Source: an uncultured Candidatus Saccharibacteria bacterium
GTDB taxonomy: Bacteria; Patescibacteriota; Minisyncoccia; Phycocordibacterales; UBA918
DNA: 64,000 bases
Direction: 5' to 3'
NCBI GenBank assembly: GCA_964643955.1
Contig: CAZXUO010000001.1
Coordinates: forward strand, 171,828 to 235,827
Positions 18,904 through 27,940 of this stretch are shown piece by piece. Within the stretch, counting starts at the first letter, position 1; every line of letters starts with the position of its first letter. A model generated the notes under the pieces. The model was not told the DNA's origin, did not search any database, and worked only from the letters and a program-made list of their open reading frames with translations. The position numbers and the translations under genes were made by a program.

Positions 18904-20679
18904 TTACTCCTCCTGCAAAAATCCTCCCGCCTGATGCTGCCAAAGTCGGGCATACAATCCCTCAGACTTAAGAAGCTCATCGTGCGTTCCGTCCTCGACG
19001 ATCACTCCTTTATCGAGCACGATGATACGATCCATTTCGCGGAGCGTTGAGAGTCTATGCGCGATCGCAACCACTGTCTTACCCTCCATGAGCACCCGAA
19101 GTGCCTTCTGAATAGCGACCTCGCTCTCGCTATCGAGTGCTGAAGTCGCCTCGTCGAGGACAAGTATCGGAGCATCTTTCAGCATGGCTCGCGCGATTGC
19201 TATGCGCTGTCGCTGCCCGCCTGAGAGCTTCACACCGCGCTCGCCCACGAGCGTCTCATACCCCTCCGGCAGTGTCGTGACGAAGTCATGTATTTGTGCC
19301 ATCGCGGCAGCACGTTCAATTTCTTCCAATGTTGCATCCGGCTTTCCATACGCAATATTTTCTCGAATGGTGCGGTGAAAGAGCATCGGCTCCTGCGGCA
19401 CAATAGTGATTGCTTCGCGGAGCGAGTCCTGCGTAACTTCTGCAATATTTTGTCCGTCAATCTCAATCACTCCTCCATTGAGATCATGCTGACGCAACAT
19501 AAGCGAAACAAACGTCGTCTTACCTGCACCACTTGGGCCCACAAGCCCCACCCGCTGCCCTGCAGGAATCTGGAGCGAGAAATCTCGAAAGACATCTGCT
19601 TCACCGTATTTAAACACCACATCCTTCCATTTGACCTCACCACCTGAAGCCTGAAGCTTCTGCGCTCCAGCAACTTCTGTAATCTCGTGTGACGAAAGGA
19701 GGGCCTCAAGACCTTCTTTCATTTCACCATATGACTCCGCCGTACTGTTGAACGCTTGCGATATAAAGATAAGTGTTCCAGCGAGATTGGCGACGAGCGA
19801 AAGCACAAGTACAAACTGACCTGTTGAAATACTACCGGCACTCCATCCTGTAATAAGGAAATAGAGCATTCCTGAAGTAAAAAGAAAGAGCATTGTACAG
19901 TTTATAAAAAGCATGTACTCCGAATAGCGCCAGTTCATTTGTTGACGCTTTTTTCTATATTCAATACGTTCCTTTATCGCTGCAAATTCGCGCCCGCGCA
20001 TACTAAATTGTCTGACGGCGGACATGTTTGTGAGCACGTCGACCGTATGTCCGCGCAGTGCCGTCACCGCTGCAGCACTTTTTTCAGAAAGCCGTCGTTT
20101 TTGTGGGACTAAGTAGGTGTTCAATACCAGCAATACACCGATAAAGACCAAGAAGGTCAGGCCGACGCGCGTATCTACACTCATCAAAAGTCCACACGTC
20201 ACGACAAGCGAAACAATCGTCGAGAGATGAGTCCACAGATAATTCTCAACAAAACTGCCGGTGCTATCTATGACATTATTCATATTGCTCAACAGCGATC
20301 CTGCAAATCTGTTTGCAAAAAAATTATGGCTGTGGTCCAAAAGATATTTTGTAAGTTCTTCAGTCACATACGCCCTACTCGTCGTAGACCACCGCATACC
20401 CAAGAGACCCGACACACGCCAGAGAAGCTGGATAAAATAGACGACGAGCGGATAGCCGATTCCGAGAAGTATCACCAACGTCGTATTTCCGGTTCCGGCA
20501 GCATCAATGATTTTTTGAAAAATAATGTAGGAAAGTTGTCCTAGAGTCTCTGCGAGCACCACCACAAACGTCGCAAAAACTGCCCACCATTTAGCAGGTC
20601 CTGCCGCATAGAAAAAGAAGCCGAGCGGCTTCTTCGGCATTTCTCCTATCTGCTGTTTTGGAGGCATTTCTTTAGCCAT
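18904..20679 (-). CDS. ABC exporter, fused permease/ATPase
   Basis: TM domain, GPSGAGKT, LSGGQRQR, LVLDEATSALD, IAHRLST. Confidence 0.95.
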   Translation of the reverse strand: MAKEMPPKQQIGEMPKKPLGFFFYAAGPAKWWAVFATFVVVLAETLGQLSYIIFQKIIDAAGTGNTTLVILLGIGYPLVVYFIQLLWRVSGLLGMRWSTTSRAYVTEELTKYLLDHSHNFFANRFAGSLLSNMNNVIDSTGSFVENYLWTHLSTIVSLVVTCGLLMSVDTRVGLTFLVFIGVLLVLNTYLVPQKRRLSEKSAAAVTALRGHTVDVLTNMSAVRQFSMRGREFAAIKERIEYRKKRQQMNWRYSEYMLFINCTMLFLFTSGMLYFLITGWSAGSISTGQFVLVLSLVANLAGTLIFISQAFNSTAESYGEMKEGLEALLSSHEITEVAGAQKLQASGGEVKWKDVVFKYGEADVFRDFSLQIPAGQRVGLVGPSGAGKTTFVSLMLRQHDLNGGVIEIDGQNIAEVTQDSLREAITIVPQEPMLFHRTIRENIAYGKPDATLEEIERAAAMAQIHDFVTTLPEGYETLVGERGVKLSGGQRQRIAIARAMLKDAPILVLDEATSALDSESEVAIQKALRVLMEGKTVVAIAHRLSTLREMDRIIVLDKGVIVEDGTHDELLKSEGLYARLWQHQAGGFLQEE

Positions 20680-20788
20680 TCTTCATGAAGACGTGCGGAT
20701 AGCTCAAACCTTTCTAAGCCTTAAACTAAGGGCTTGACTTTGTATATAAAATATATTATAGTTTTAACTGGTCTTAAAAGGAAGAGCA

Positions 20789-21007
20789 ATGAACGCTCAT
20801 CTGCTTCGGGAGCAATTCGCGGCCGAGATGGCCGCCATTTTCATCCTCAACCAAGAGCTGAAAGGGGCAGAGAAACTCCGCATATTCGAAACTGAAGAGT
20901 TCAAGCGAATCCTGGCGGCCATCAGAGCCGTGGATCGGCACGCACCGAAACTAACGGTGCTAAAGTTCATTCTAAGAGAGTACAGTGACATGCTTCGGCA
21001 TGTCTAA
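20789..21007 (+). CDS. Small orphan protein
   Basis: TTGACT-N17-TATAGT (20734-20762) and AAGGAAG SD-like sequence upstream. Confidence 0.55.
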   Translation: MNAHLLREQFAAEMAAIFILNQELKGAEKLRIFETEEFKRILAAIRAVDRHAPKLTVLKFILREYSDMLRHV

Positions 21008-21022
21008 GGGGGTGCCAGTTAC

Positions 21023-21775
21023 TTACTTGGCATCCCCTTTTGCGTTTTGTATCTGCTCAATTTCATCGATCTGACTATGGAGATTTACACTCACTGCCCA
21101 ATCTTGTATGAGACGTCGATCCGAAAGAAAACGTGGCGAAAATGTAATAAATGTTTTTGAACTAGCGCTTGGCATCGAAGTATCCTGACTTGGAAACCAC
21201 GCATACGCAGAAAAACCATCAAGTAAATCTTCTTTTTTAATCCACTCTAACGTCTGCGCATATACATTGAGCGACTCGATCAAACCATCGTGCGCCGTGC
21301 GCCGCCGTCGATCAATTTCTCCAATCTTTTCAGAAAATTCTTGAGGGTCCATTCGACTACGCCTTTGCGCAAGTGCATGAAATTGCGACAGGAGACCAAC
21401 GTACCGACGCACCGCGAGAGATATTTCTCGCCCACGAGAAGAAAGGAGGGCTAACTTCTTTGAAACTTCTTGTTTATATTCATCATCAAGTCCCTCAAGC
21501 TCTTTTTCTACAGATTGCCGCACGACTAAAATAGTTGCATCAATATCTGCAACCACTACTCCGCGATGCTCATGGATATGGTTGTACATTTCTGAAACTT
21601 CCGTCTCGCCCACGAGTGCATGCAGTGTCGATGGCTCCACTGGTACTGTATCAGGATGTGTCTTATGAAGCATGTGTATCTCATTAATTTTTGAGACCAC
21701 TTCTTCAACTGGCTTTAAACCCTTGCCTTCAGCCACCTCCTTCTGATCAGCCGGTACTGAAAAATTTTCATTCAT
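21023..21775 (-). CDS. Hypothetical helical protein (DUF3232-like)
   Basis: IDRRRRTAHDGLI motif; uninterrupted ORF. Confidence 0.55.
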   Translation of the reverse strand: MNENFSVPADQKEVAEGKGLKPVEEVVSKINEIHMLHKTHPDTVPVEPSTLHALVGETEVSEMYNHIHEHRGVVVADIDATILVVRQSVEKELEGLDDEYKQEVSKKLALLSSRGREISLAVRRYVGLLSQFHALAQRRSRMDPQEFSEKIGEIDRRRRTAHDGLIESLNVYAQTLEWIKKEDLLDGFSAYAWFPSQDTSMPSASSKTFITFSPRFLSDRRLIQDWAVSVNLHSQIDEIEQIQNAKGDAK

Positions 21776-21856
21776 ATTCTCTATGATACGGCTCGAGACT
21801 CGACAGCTCAAGACGGTGACTCGGGCAACTTTTTTTGATACTATGCGATTCTTAAT

Positions 21857-21932
21857 GCGCGGTTAGCTCAGCTGGTAGAGCATTACATTGACATTGTAAA
21901 GGCCATAGGTTCAAGTCCTATACCGCGCACCA
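21857..21932 (+). tRNA. tRNA-Val(GAC)
   Basis: GCGCGGTTAGCTCAGCTGGTAGAGC…, loop TTGACAT, GGTTCAAGTCC, CCA end. Confidence 0.95.
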
Positions 21933-21992
21933 TTTAAATCCTAGCTTCGCTAGAATTTTGTACACAACACACTTACTCGTGAAATAAAAGCG

Positions 21993-22020
21993 AACCCCGA
22001 CGCTGGAAAGCGTCGGGGTT
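21993..22020. terminator. Hairpin terminator
   Basis: AACCCCGACGCT-GGAA-AGCGTCGGGGTT. Confidence 0.7.
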
Positions 22021-22038
22021 TCAGTTTGAGAGACAGAA

Positions 22039-22356
22039 TCATGGGCGGCGCAGTGCCCTCACGAGGCCAAGTGTCGTATAGCGGACTGCTTGGAGCGCAG
22101 TCTGTACTACGACCACGCCTTCGAGCAGGATCATTGCGCGATCGGCCATGAGGCCACCACGGAGCGCCGACTCGACGCGCGCTGCGTCTTGCGGCGAAAG
22201 GAAACTGCTGAGCCATTTGATGGCCCGTAGATTCCAGTCGAAGACCTCGACCAGCGTCTGCGGGTGGTAAAACCACGCGTAGACGACAACCACGATACCG
22301 ATGATGTTCACGAGGACAGTCCCCGTGAATTTGCCGACAAACTTTAAAAAGTTCAT
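22039..22356 (-). CDS. Orphan membrane protein
   Basis: Minus-strand TTGATT-N17-CATAAT (22411-22383), GAGGAGG SD, N-terminal TM. Confidence 0.65.
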   Translation of the reverse strand: MNFLKFVGKFTGTVLVNIIGIVVVVYAWFYHPQTLVEVFDWNLRAIKWLSSFLSPQDAARVESALRGGLMADRAMILLEGVVVVQTALQAVRYTTLGLVRALRRP

Positions 22357-22454
22357 CCTGCGCCTCCTCTTATCCTGTATGTATTATGACATATTTTTTA
22401 CTCTAAATCAACTATCATTGCGTAGGGCTGTCGCGCATGTTTTGATACGTGTGC

Positions 22455-23636
22455 ATGATCATACTTTCTATCGAGACAAGCTGTGACGAGACCGCTGTGA
22501 GCATCGTGCGCGCCACGGGCGATTTCCCGCATGCCACATACGAGGTGCTCGGCAACGCCCTCTTCTCCCAGATCGACATCCATCGCGAGTTTGGCGGTGT
22601 CTTCCCTGCTGTCGCTAAGCGCGAGCACGCGAAGACCCTCGTCCCCATGCTCGAGCGCGCCCTCGAAGAATCAAAGCTCGAGTATCATCCTTCATCTCTT
22701 TCAGAATCGAAGACCGCGCTTCTTGAAGAAATCCTCTACCGCGAACCCGGTCTCACCGAAGCACTCCTCACTTTTTTAGGTAAACAAGGGACACCAGCTA
22801 TTGATCTCATCGCCGTTACCTCAGGACCCGGACTTGAGCCCGCGCTCTGGGTTGGTATCAATTTTGCAAAAGCACTCGCAGTCGCATGGGACATATCGCT
22901 TGCACCAATCAACCACATGGAGGGTCATATTTTTTCTTCACTGTTTGATGGAGAGCGATTTGGTCCACTCAAGTTTCCTGCGCTCGCACTCCTCATCTCA
23001 GGCGGCCACACTGAACTCGTCTTGATGCGCGACTGGTGCCAATACGAGCTCGTCGGACAGACCCGCGACGACGCAGTCGGCGAAGCCTTTGATAAAGTCG
23101 CGCGAACACTCGGACTGCCGTACCCAGGCGGCCCTGAAGTGTCAAAACTGGCCGAGGCGGGGCGCAGTGACGGGCTCGTGCCTTCGCTCACGCTCCCCAG
23201 ACCCATGCTCGCTACCGAGAGCTGTGACTTCTCTTTTTCTGGCATCAAAACCGCCGTGCTCACGGCAGTAAAAAAAGCAGAGGAACAGGGTGTGCCGCTC
23301 GAAAAGACCGCGCCTGAAGTTGCGCTTGATTTTGAAAATGCAGTTACTGAAGTACTGATTGCAAAAACAAAGCGCGCAATGGATCTCCATGATGTACAGA
23401 CCGTCATACTCGGTGGCGGCGTGTCAGCAAACACCAACATCCGCCGAGCTTTTAGAGAACTTTTTGAAACCGAATATCAGGATCGGGCGCTCTACCTCCC
23501 AGAACCAAAATTCACCACCGACAACGCCGTGATGATTGCACTTGCTGCACACGCACGCTTCTCGGTACTCAAAGAAGATGCGGTTGACGAGACACGTTCC
23601 TTCCGTGCCGACGGCAATCTCTCACTTCACTCGTAA
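22455..23636 (+). CDS. tsaD: tRNA N6-adenosine threonylcarbamoyltransferase TsaD
   Basis: IETSCDET, GPGL, NHMEGH, ISGGHT, DDAVGEAFDK, GGVSAN, TDNAVMI. Confidence 0.95.
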   Translation: MIILSIETSCDETAVSIVRATGDFPHATYEVLGNALFSQIDIHREFGGVFPAVAKREHAKTLVPMLERALEESKLEYHPSSLSESKTALLEEILYREPGLTEALLTFLGKQGTPAIDLIAVTSGPGLEPALWVGINFAKALAVAWDISLAPINHMEGHIFSSLFDGERFGPLKFPALALLISGGHTELVLMRDWCQYELVGQTRDDAVGEAFDKVARTLGLPYPGGPEVSKLAEAGRSDGLVPSLTLPRPMLATESCDFSFSGIKTAVLTAVKKAEEQGVPLEKTAPEVALDFENAVTEVLIAKTKRAMDLHDVQTVILGGGVSANTNIRRAFRELFETEYQDRALYLPEPKFTTDNAVMIALAAHARFSVLKEDAVDETRSFRADGNLSLHS

Positions 23637-23727
23637 ATTAGACAAAAGCTAGTCCGCTGCGAATTCCTGCTTTACATATTTAAGATTAATGTTATAGTGC
23701 CCGCGCATCTATTTTTTAAAATTTCTC

Positions 23728-24672
23728 ATGAAAGACCTCCAATCTGTGGCTTATTCTGTCGTAGTTCCTATATATAATGAGGAAGGCAATGTTGCTGAAC
23801 TCCATAACCGTATTAAGACAGCCTGCACTGCGCTAAATAAACCTTTCGAAATCATCTTTGTTGATGATGGTTCTACGGACAATACCCTTGCTGCATGTCG
23901 TGATCTCTCGCCTCTTGTACTTATTGAGCTGCGCAAAAATTTTGGCCAAACAGCGGCATTTGATGCAGGACTTAAACAAGCGCAAGGTGAAATTATTATC
24001 ACCCTTGATGGAGACCTCCAAAATGACCCCGCTGACATCCCACTCCTGCTCAAGAAACTGGACGAAGGATATGACGTGGTTTCAGGTTGGCGCTTTGACC
24101 GAAAGGATTCTCTGGGTAAACACATATCTTCCCGCATTGCGAATATGCTTCGCAAACTCCTTTTCAAAGATTCCATTCATGACTCTGGATGTGCGCTTAA
24201 AGCCTACCGACGTGAGTGTTTCGAATTTCTTGATTTGTACGGAGAAATGCATCGCTTCATCCCTGCACTCCTTGCGATTCAAGGTTTCAAAATCGGAGAA
24301 GTAAAAGTGAGTCATCACCCACGTACCCGCGGAAAGAGTAAATATAATTGGCGCCGTTATCTCAAAAGCATCGTCGATATGATATCGGTGTGGTTTTGGG
24401 GAAATTTCTCTCATCGACCACTCCACCTTTTTGGTAGTGCCGGATTTGTACTTATCGGCATCGGAGGAACATTTATTCTATGGATGGCGATCGAAAAAAT
24501 ATTTTTAGGTACTGAGCTTGCAAGTAAAATTTGGCCACTCATGGGAGTATTTATGGTAGTTGCAGGTCTTCAGCTCTTTACGGTGGGTATTATTACCGAT
24601 ATCCTGGTAAAGACATATTATCGTGGTCATAACCGGATGAACTACTCCGTCCGCACCACGAAAAACCAGTAA
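23728..24672 (+). CDS. GT2 polyprenyl-phosphate glycosyltransferase (ArnC/GtrB/DPM-like)
   Basis: VVPIYNE, VDDGSTD, RKNFGQTAA, LDGDLQNDP, two C-terminal TMs. Confidence 0.9.
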   Translation: MKDLQSVAYSVVVPIYNEEGNVAELHNRIKTACTALNKPFEIIFVDDGSTDNTLAACRDLSPLVLIELRKNFGQTAAFDAGLKQAQGEIIITLDGDLQNDPADIPLLLKKLDEGYDVVSGWRFDRKDSLGKHISSRIANMLRKLLFKDSIHDSGCALKAYRRECFEFLDLYGEMHRFIPALLAIQGFKIGEVKVSHHPRTRGKSKYNWRRYLKSIVDMISVWFWGNFSHRPLHLFGSAGFVLIGIGGTFILWMAIEKIFLGTELASKIWPLMGVFMVVAGLQLFTVGIITDILVKTYYRGHNRMNYSVRTTKNQ

Positions 24673-24680
24673 AATATCAT

Positions 24681-24974
24681 ATGGAATTTGTAGTCAAAGT
24701 TTTTGCTGCGTTCCTTGATCCCTGGGTAATCTTTGGATTTGCTGCACAGTTTATATTCTTCGGCCGCTTTGTCATTCAATGGCTTGCGTCTGAACGAACA
24801 GGTGTCGTGACCATTCCTCGATCTTTTTGGCACCTCTCCATCGTCGGTGCCATCATGATTCTGATATACGCCATACACAGGGAGGATATCGTCTTTATAG
24901 CGGGCCAGCTTATTGCACTTGCAATTTACCTACGCAATCTCGTACTCGACAAAAAGCGCTCAAAATCTGTTTAG
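24681..24974 (+). CDS. Lipid-A-biosynthesis N-terminal (LAB_N)-domain small membrane protein
   Basis: GFAAQFIFFGRFVIQWLASE…P.SFW.LS..G…D.VFI.GQ…Y.RNL. Confidence 0.85.
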   Translation: MEFVVKVFAAFLDPWVIFGFAAQFIFFGRFVIQWLASERTGVVTIPRSFWHLSIVGAIMILIYAIHREDIVFIAGQLIALAIYLRNLVLDKKRSKSV

Positions 24975-25127
24975 ACCACAAAACTTTACGAGTATTGAAT
25001 AATGTGCTATAGTCACTCTCGTAAGAAAGCTCTGGTCACTGAACGACTCCAGCGTTGTTAAGCCTCACAAGCCCTAAACCCTGGAGTGCTTTTTTTTGTA
25101 AAAAAAGAAGAATTAAATAATTACAAT

Positions 25128-26339
25128 ATGAAGAAGTACACCCGCATACTCACCATACTTGTTGCAATCATAATATTTGTAGGAATAGTATTTTCTGCAT
25201 GGCTTTTCGTGTTCAAAGACGAGCGAAACTACTCATCGATATTTCTCAACACATACCGAGCTGCAGTAATTGACTCAATCTGGGTAGCGTATCGAGAAAC
25301 CATTCAGGAAGATGGGCGTACGATCGATCGTGGGCGAAATTACCTCACCACATCAGAAGGACAATCATATTCACTGCTTCGATCTGTCTGGATGGATGAC
25401 CGAGATACATTTGAACAGGTGTTAAAATGGACAAAGCATAATCTTCAAAAACGCGAAGAAGACCAACTTTTTGCTTGGCTGTGGGGACAGCAATCAAATG
25501 GTCGATGGGATATCATCACCGAAGAAGGCGGACGAAACAGTGCTTCAGATGCTGATCAAGATATTGCGCTCGCACTTATTTTCGCAGCTGTACGCTGGAA
25601 TGATAGTTACTATCTTGATGAGGCAAACGAAATTCTTGATGACATATGGCGACAGGAAGTTGTCCATATAGGAAATCGTCCGTATCTTGTTGCGGGTAAC
25701 TGGGCACGCGATGAGATTCGCCCAACGATAAATCCATCATATCTTTCTCCAGCATGGTATGAGATTTTTGCGCGCGTAGACACCGAGCATGACTGGCTCG
25801 CAGTCAAGGATACTTCGTATGAGGTATTAAACCGCGCTACATGGAATGAACTCGATCGCGGAACCGCAGTTGGACTTCCTCCTGACTGGGTCTCGATCGA
25901 TCGAACGACAGGCGCCATTGTCCCATCGATGCATGCAGACAAAACGACTAATTTCTCTGACGACGCATTTCGTACTTTTTGGCGAGTCGGCCTCGACTGG
26001 GAATGGCATCAAGATGAGCGCGCATACGAATATCTCAACCGCATAACATTTCTTAAGGATGAATGGGAAAAACGAGGACTTGTGTACGGAACATATGGTC
26101 ATGACGGCTCGCTCACAAAAACCGAGGAGAGCAGCTCTCTCTACGGAGTTTTACTTGCATATTTCTCAATCGTAGATAAGGAAATAGCACAAGAAATATA
26201 CGATAAAAAAATAGCAGAGTACTACGACACCGATACGGAGAATCTAAAAGACTATCTTGGATACTACCCACAAAACTGGGTATGGTTCGGCATGGCCTTT
26301 TACAATGACCGACTCCCCAACTTAGCGGATCCTGATTAA
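25128..26339 (+). CDS. Membrane-anchored glycoside hydrolase family 8
   Basis: TTSEGQSY, LFAWLW, NSASDAD.DIA, INPSY, DAFR. Confidence 0.9.
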   Translation: MKKYTRILTILVAIIIFVGIVFSAWLFVFKDERNYSSIFLNTYRAAVIDSIWVAYRETIQEDGRTIDRGRNYLTTSEGQSYSLLRSVWMDDRDTFEQVLKWTKHNLQKREEDQLFAWLWGQQSNGRWDIITEEGGRNSASDADQDIALALIFAAVRWNDSYYLDEANEILDDIWRQEVVHIGNRPYLVAGNWARDEIRPTINPSYLSPAWYEIFARVDTEHDWLAVKDTSYEVLNRATWNELDRGTAVGLPPDWVSIDRTTGAIVPSMHADKTTNFSDDAFRTFWRVGLDWEWHQDERAYEYLNRITFLKDEWEKRGLVYGTYGHDGSLTKTEESSSLYGVLLAYFSIVDKEIAQEIYDKKIAEYYDTDTENLKDYLGYYPQNWVWFGMAFYNDRLPNLADPD

Positions 26340-26347
26340 ACATACGT

Positions 26348-27940
26348 ATGGACGATTCGCGAACGACAAACATGTACTACATAAGCGCACAGGTGCCGCG
26401 AGTTCTTATACTTATCGCTGCTGCACTTTCGCTCTGGTACCTTACCTGGTGGTTTGACTTTTCTCGCGCGGGATCGATTACGTTGTTTGTACTCCTCTTT
26501 ATTGGTGAAATCTACCATGTATGGCAATCACTCGGTTTCCTCCATACCGTTTGGGATATGAAGAAAGTCGAACACAAAGTGAGCGTTACGAATCCTCTCG
26601 TCGATATTTTCATTACCGTCTGTGGTGAACCAGTTGATATTGTCGAGCAGACCGTACGTGGCGCACTTGCCATTAACTACCCAAATTTTACCGTTCACAT
26701 TCTTAACGATGGAAAAGTTGCTCGGAAAGAAAATTGGGAGGAAATTATCACGCTCGGAAAATCACTCGGGGTCAACGTTATTACACGCGAGATCCCTGGC
26801 GGTGCGAAAGCCGGAAATATCAACCACGCACTCAAGCTAACGTCAGCGCCATTTTTTGCGCTATTTGATGCTGACCACGTACCACACCCTGAGTTTCTTG
26901 AGCGCACCATGGGCCACCTTGAGGACCCAAAAATGGCTATCGTCCAATCGCCTCAATATTATATAAACAAGGGTGAAAATTTCTTGACGCGTGCGTCATG
27001 GGAACAGCAAGAACTTTTCTTTGGACCAATCTGTATTGGAAAGAATCGTCATAACGCTACCTTTTGGTGTGGCACCAATGCAGTCGTTCGTCGCACAGCC
27101 ATCGAAAGTATCGGAGGCGTTCCTGAGGACAATATTGCTGAAGATTTCTGCGCTTCGCTTTTCATTCATCAACGCGGATGGAAAACGCTTTTTATACCCG
27201 AGATCCTTGCAAAAGGCCTTGGTCCAACGGATCTAAAATCATTCTTCAATCAGCAATTCCGCTGGGCACGCGGATCTTTGGAGCTTGTATTTCGCTATAA
27301 CCCATTCTTTCGCAAAGGACTTACGTTTGCTCAGCGTTCACAATATCTCTACTCTGCCGGCTACTACCTAAGCGGCCTAATCATTTTGATCGATGCGGTC
27401 GTACCTCTCGTAGTACTTCTTACCGGTATTCGTCCTGTCGAAGACTCAACAGGAAACTTTATCATTTATTTCTTTCCATTCATCTTCATCACGCTCTATG
27501 TACTCATGCGTGCGACAAACTATTCGATAACATTCCGAGCTGTTCAGCTTTCAATGAGCTCGTTCTTCATCTTTATTCTTGCAGCTATCTCAACAATCAC
27601 TGGAAAAAAGTCTGCATTTAAAGTTACTGACAAACGTGCAGCGCAAGGAAACTACCTCATGTACGCACTCCCTAATATTATCTATACCGTTGCTACAGTA
27701 TTGATAATTGCATTTGCCCTATACATGCACGGACCAACTCCGCACGTCATCACAAACGCAGCGTGGGCAATCTTCAACGTTGTATTCTTCTTCCCATTCA
27801 TTGTTGTTGCGTATCCATGGCGAACTGAAGCAAACCACCTTTTGGAAAAAGCGAATCACCGCATAAACAGCACGACATTTGGTAAGTATGTAAATACTCA
27901 CACGATGATAATGCTCAATTCAGTAAAAAAACTATGGTAA
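26348..27940 (+). CDS. Cellulose synthase catalytic subunit-like GT2 without PilZ domain
   Basis: GAKAGNIN, FDADH, VQSPQ, FWCGTN, AED, QQFRWARG, FKVT.K; ends soon after the last TM. Confidence 0.85.
   Translation: MDDSRTTNMYYISAQVPRVLILIAAALSLWYLTWWFDFSRAGSITLFVLLFIGEIYHVWQSLGFLHTVWDMKKVEHKVSVTNPLVDIFITVCGEPVDIVEQTVRGALAINYPNFTVHILNDGKVARKENWEEIITLGKSLGVNVITREIPGGAKAGNINHALKLTSAPFFALFDADHVPHPEFLERTMGHLEDPKMAIVQSPQYYINKGENFLTRASWEQQELFFGPICIGKNRHNATFWCGTNAVVRRTAIESIGGVPEDNIAEDFCASLFIHQRGWKTLFIPEILAKGLGPTDLKSFFNQQFRWARGSLELVFRYNPFFRKGLTFAQRSQYLYSAGYYLSGLIILIDAVVPLVVLLTGIRPVEDSTGNFIIYFFPFIFITLYVLMRATNYSITFRAVQLSMSSFFIFILAAISTITGKKSAFKVTDKRAAQGNYLMYALPNIIYTVATVLIIAFALYMHGPTPHVITNAAWAIFNVVFFFPFIVVAYPWRTEANHLLEKANHRINSTTFGKYVNTHTMIMLNSVKKLW

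Noticed and set aside
16096-21860. Prophage or large integrative element at the tRNAs
   Set aside because: No integrase, phage or conjugation genes; the att-like repeats enclose less than 200 bp
24681-24974. LAB_N as evidence of lipid A synthesis
   Set aside because: Stand-alone domain with no lpxB catalytic part and no lpx genes in the window
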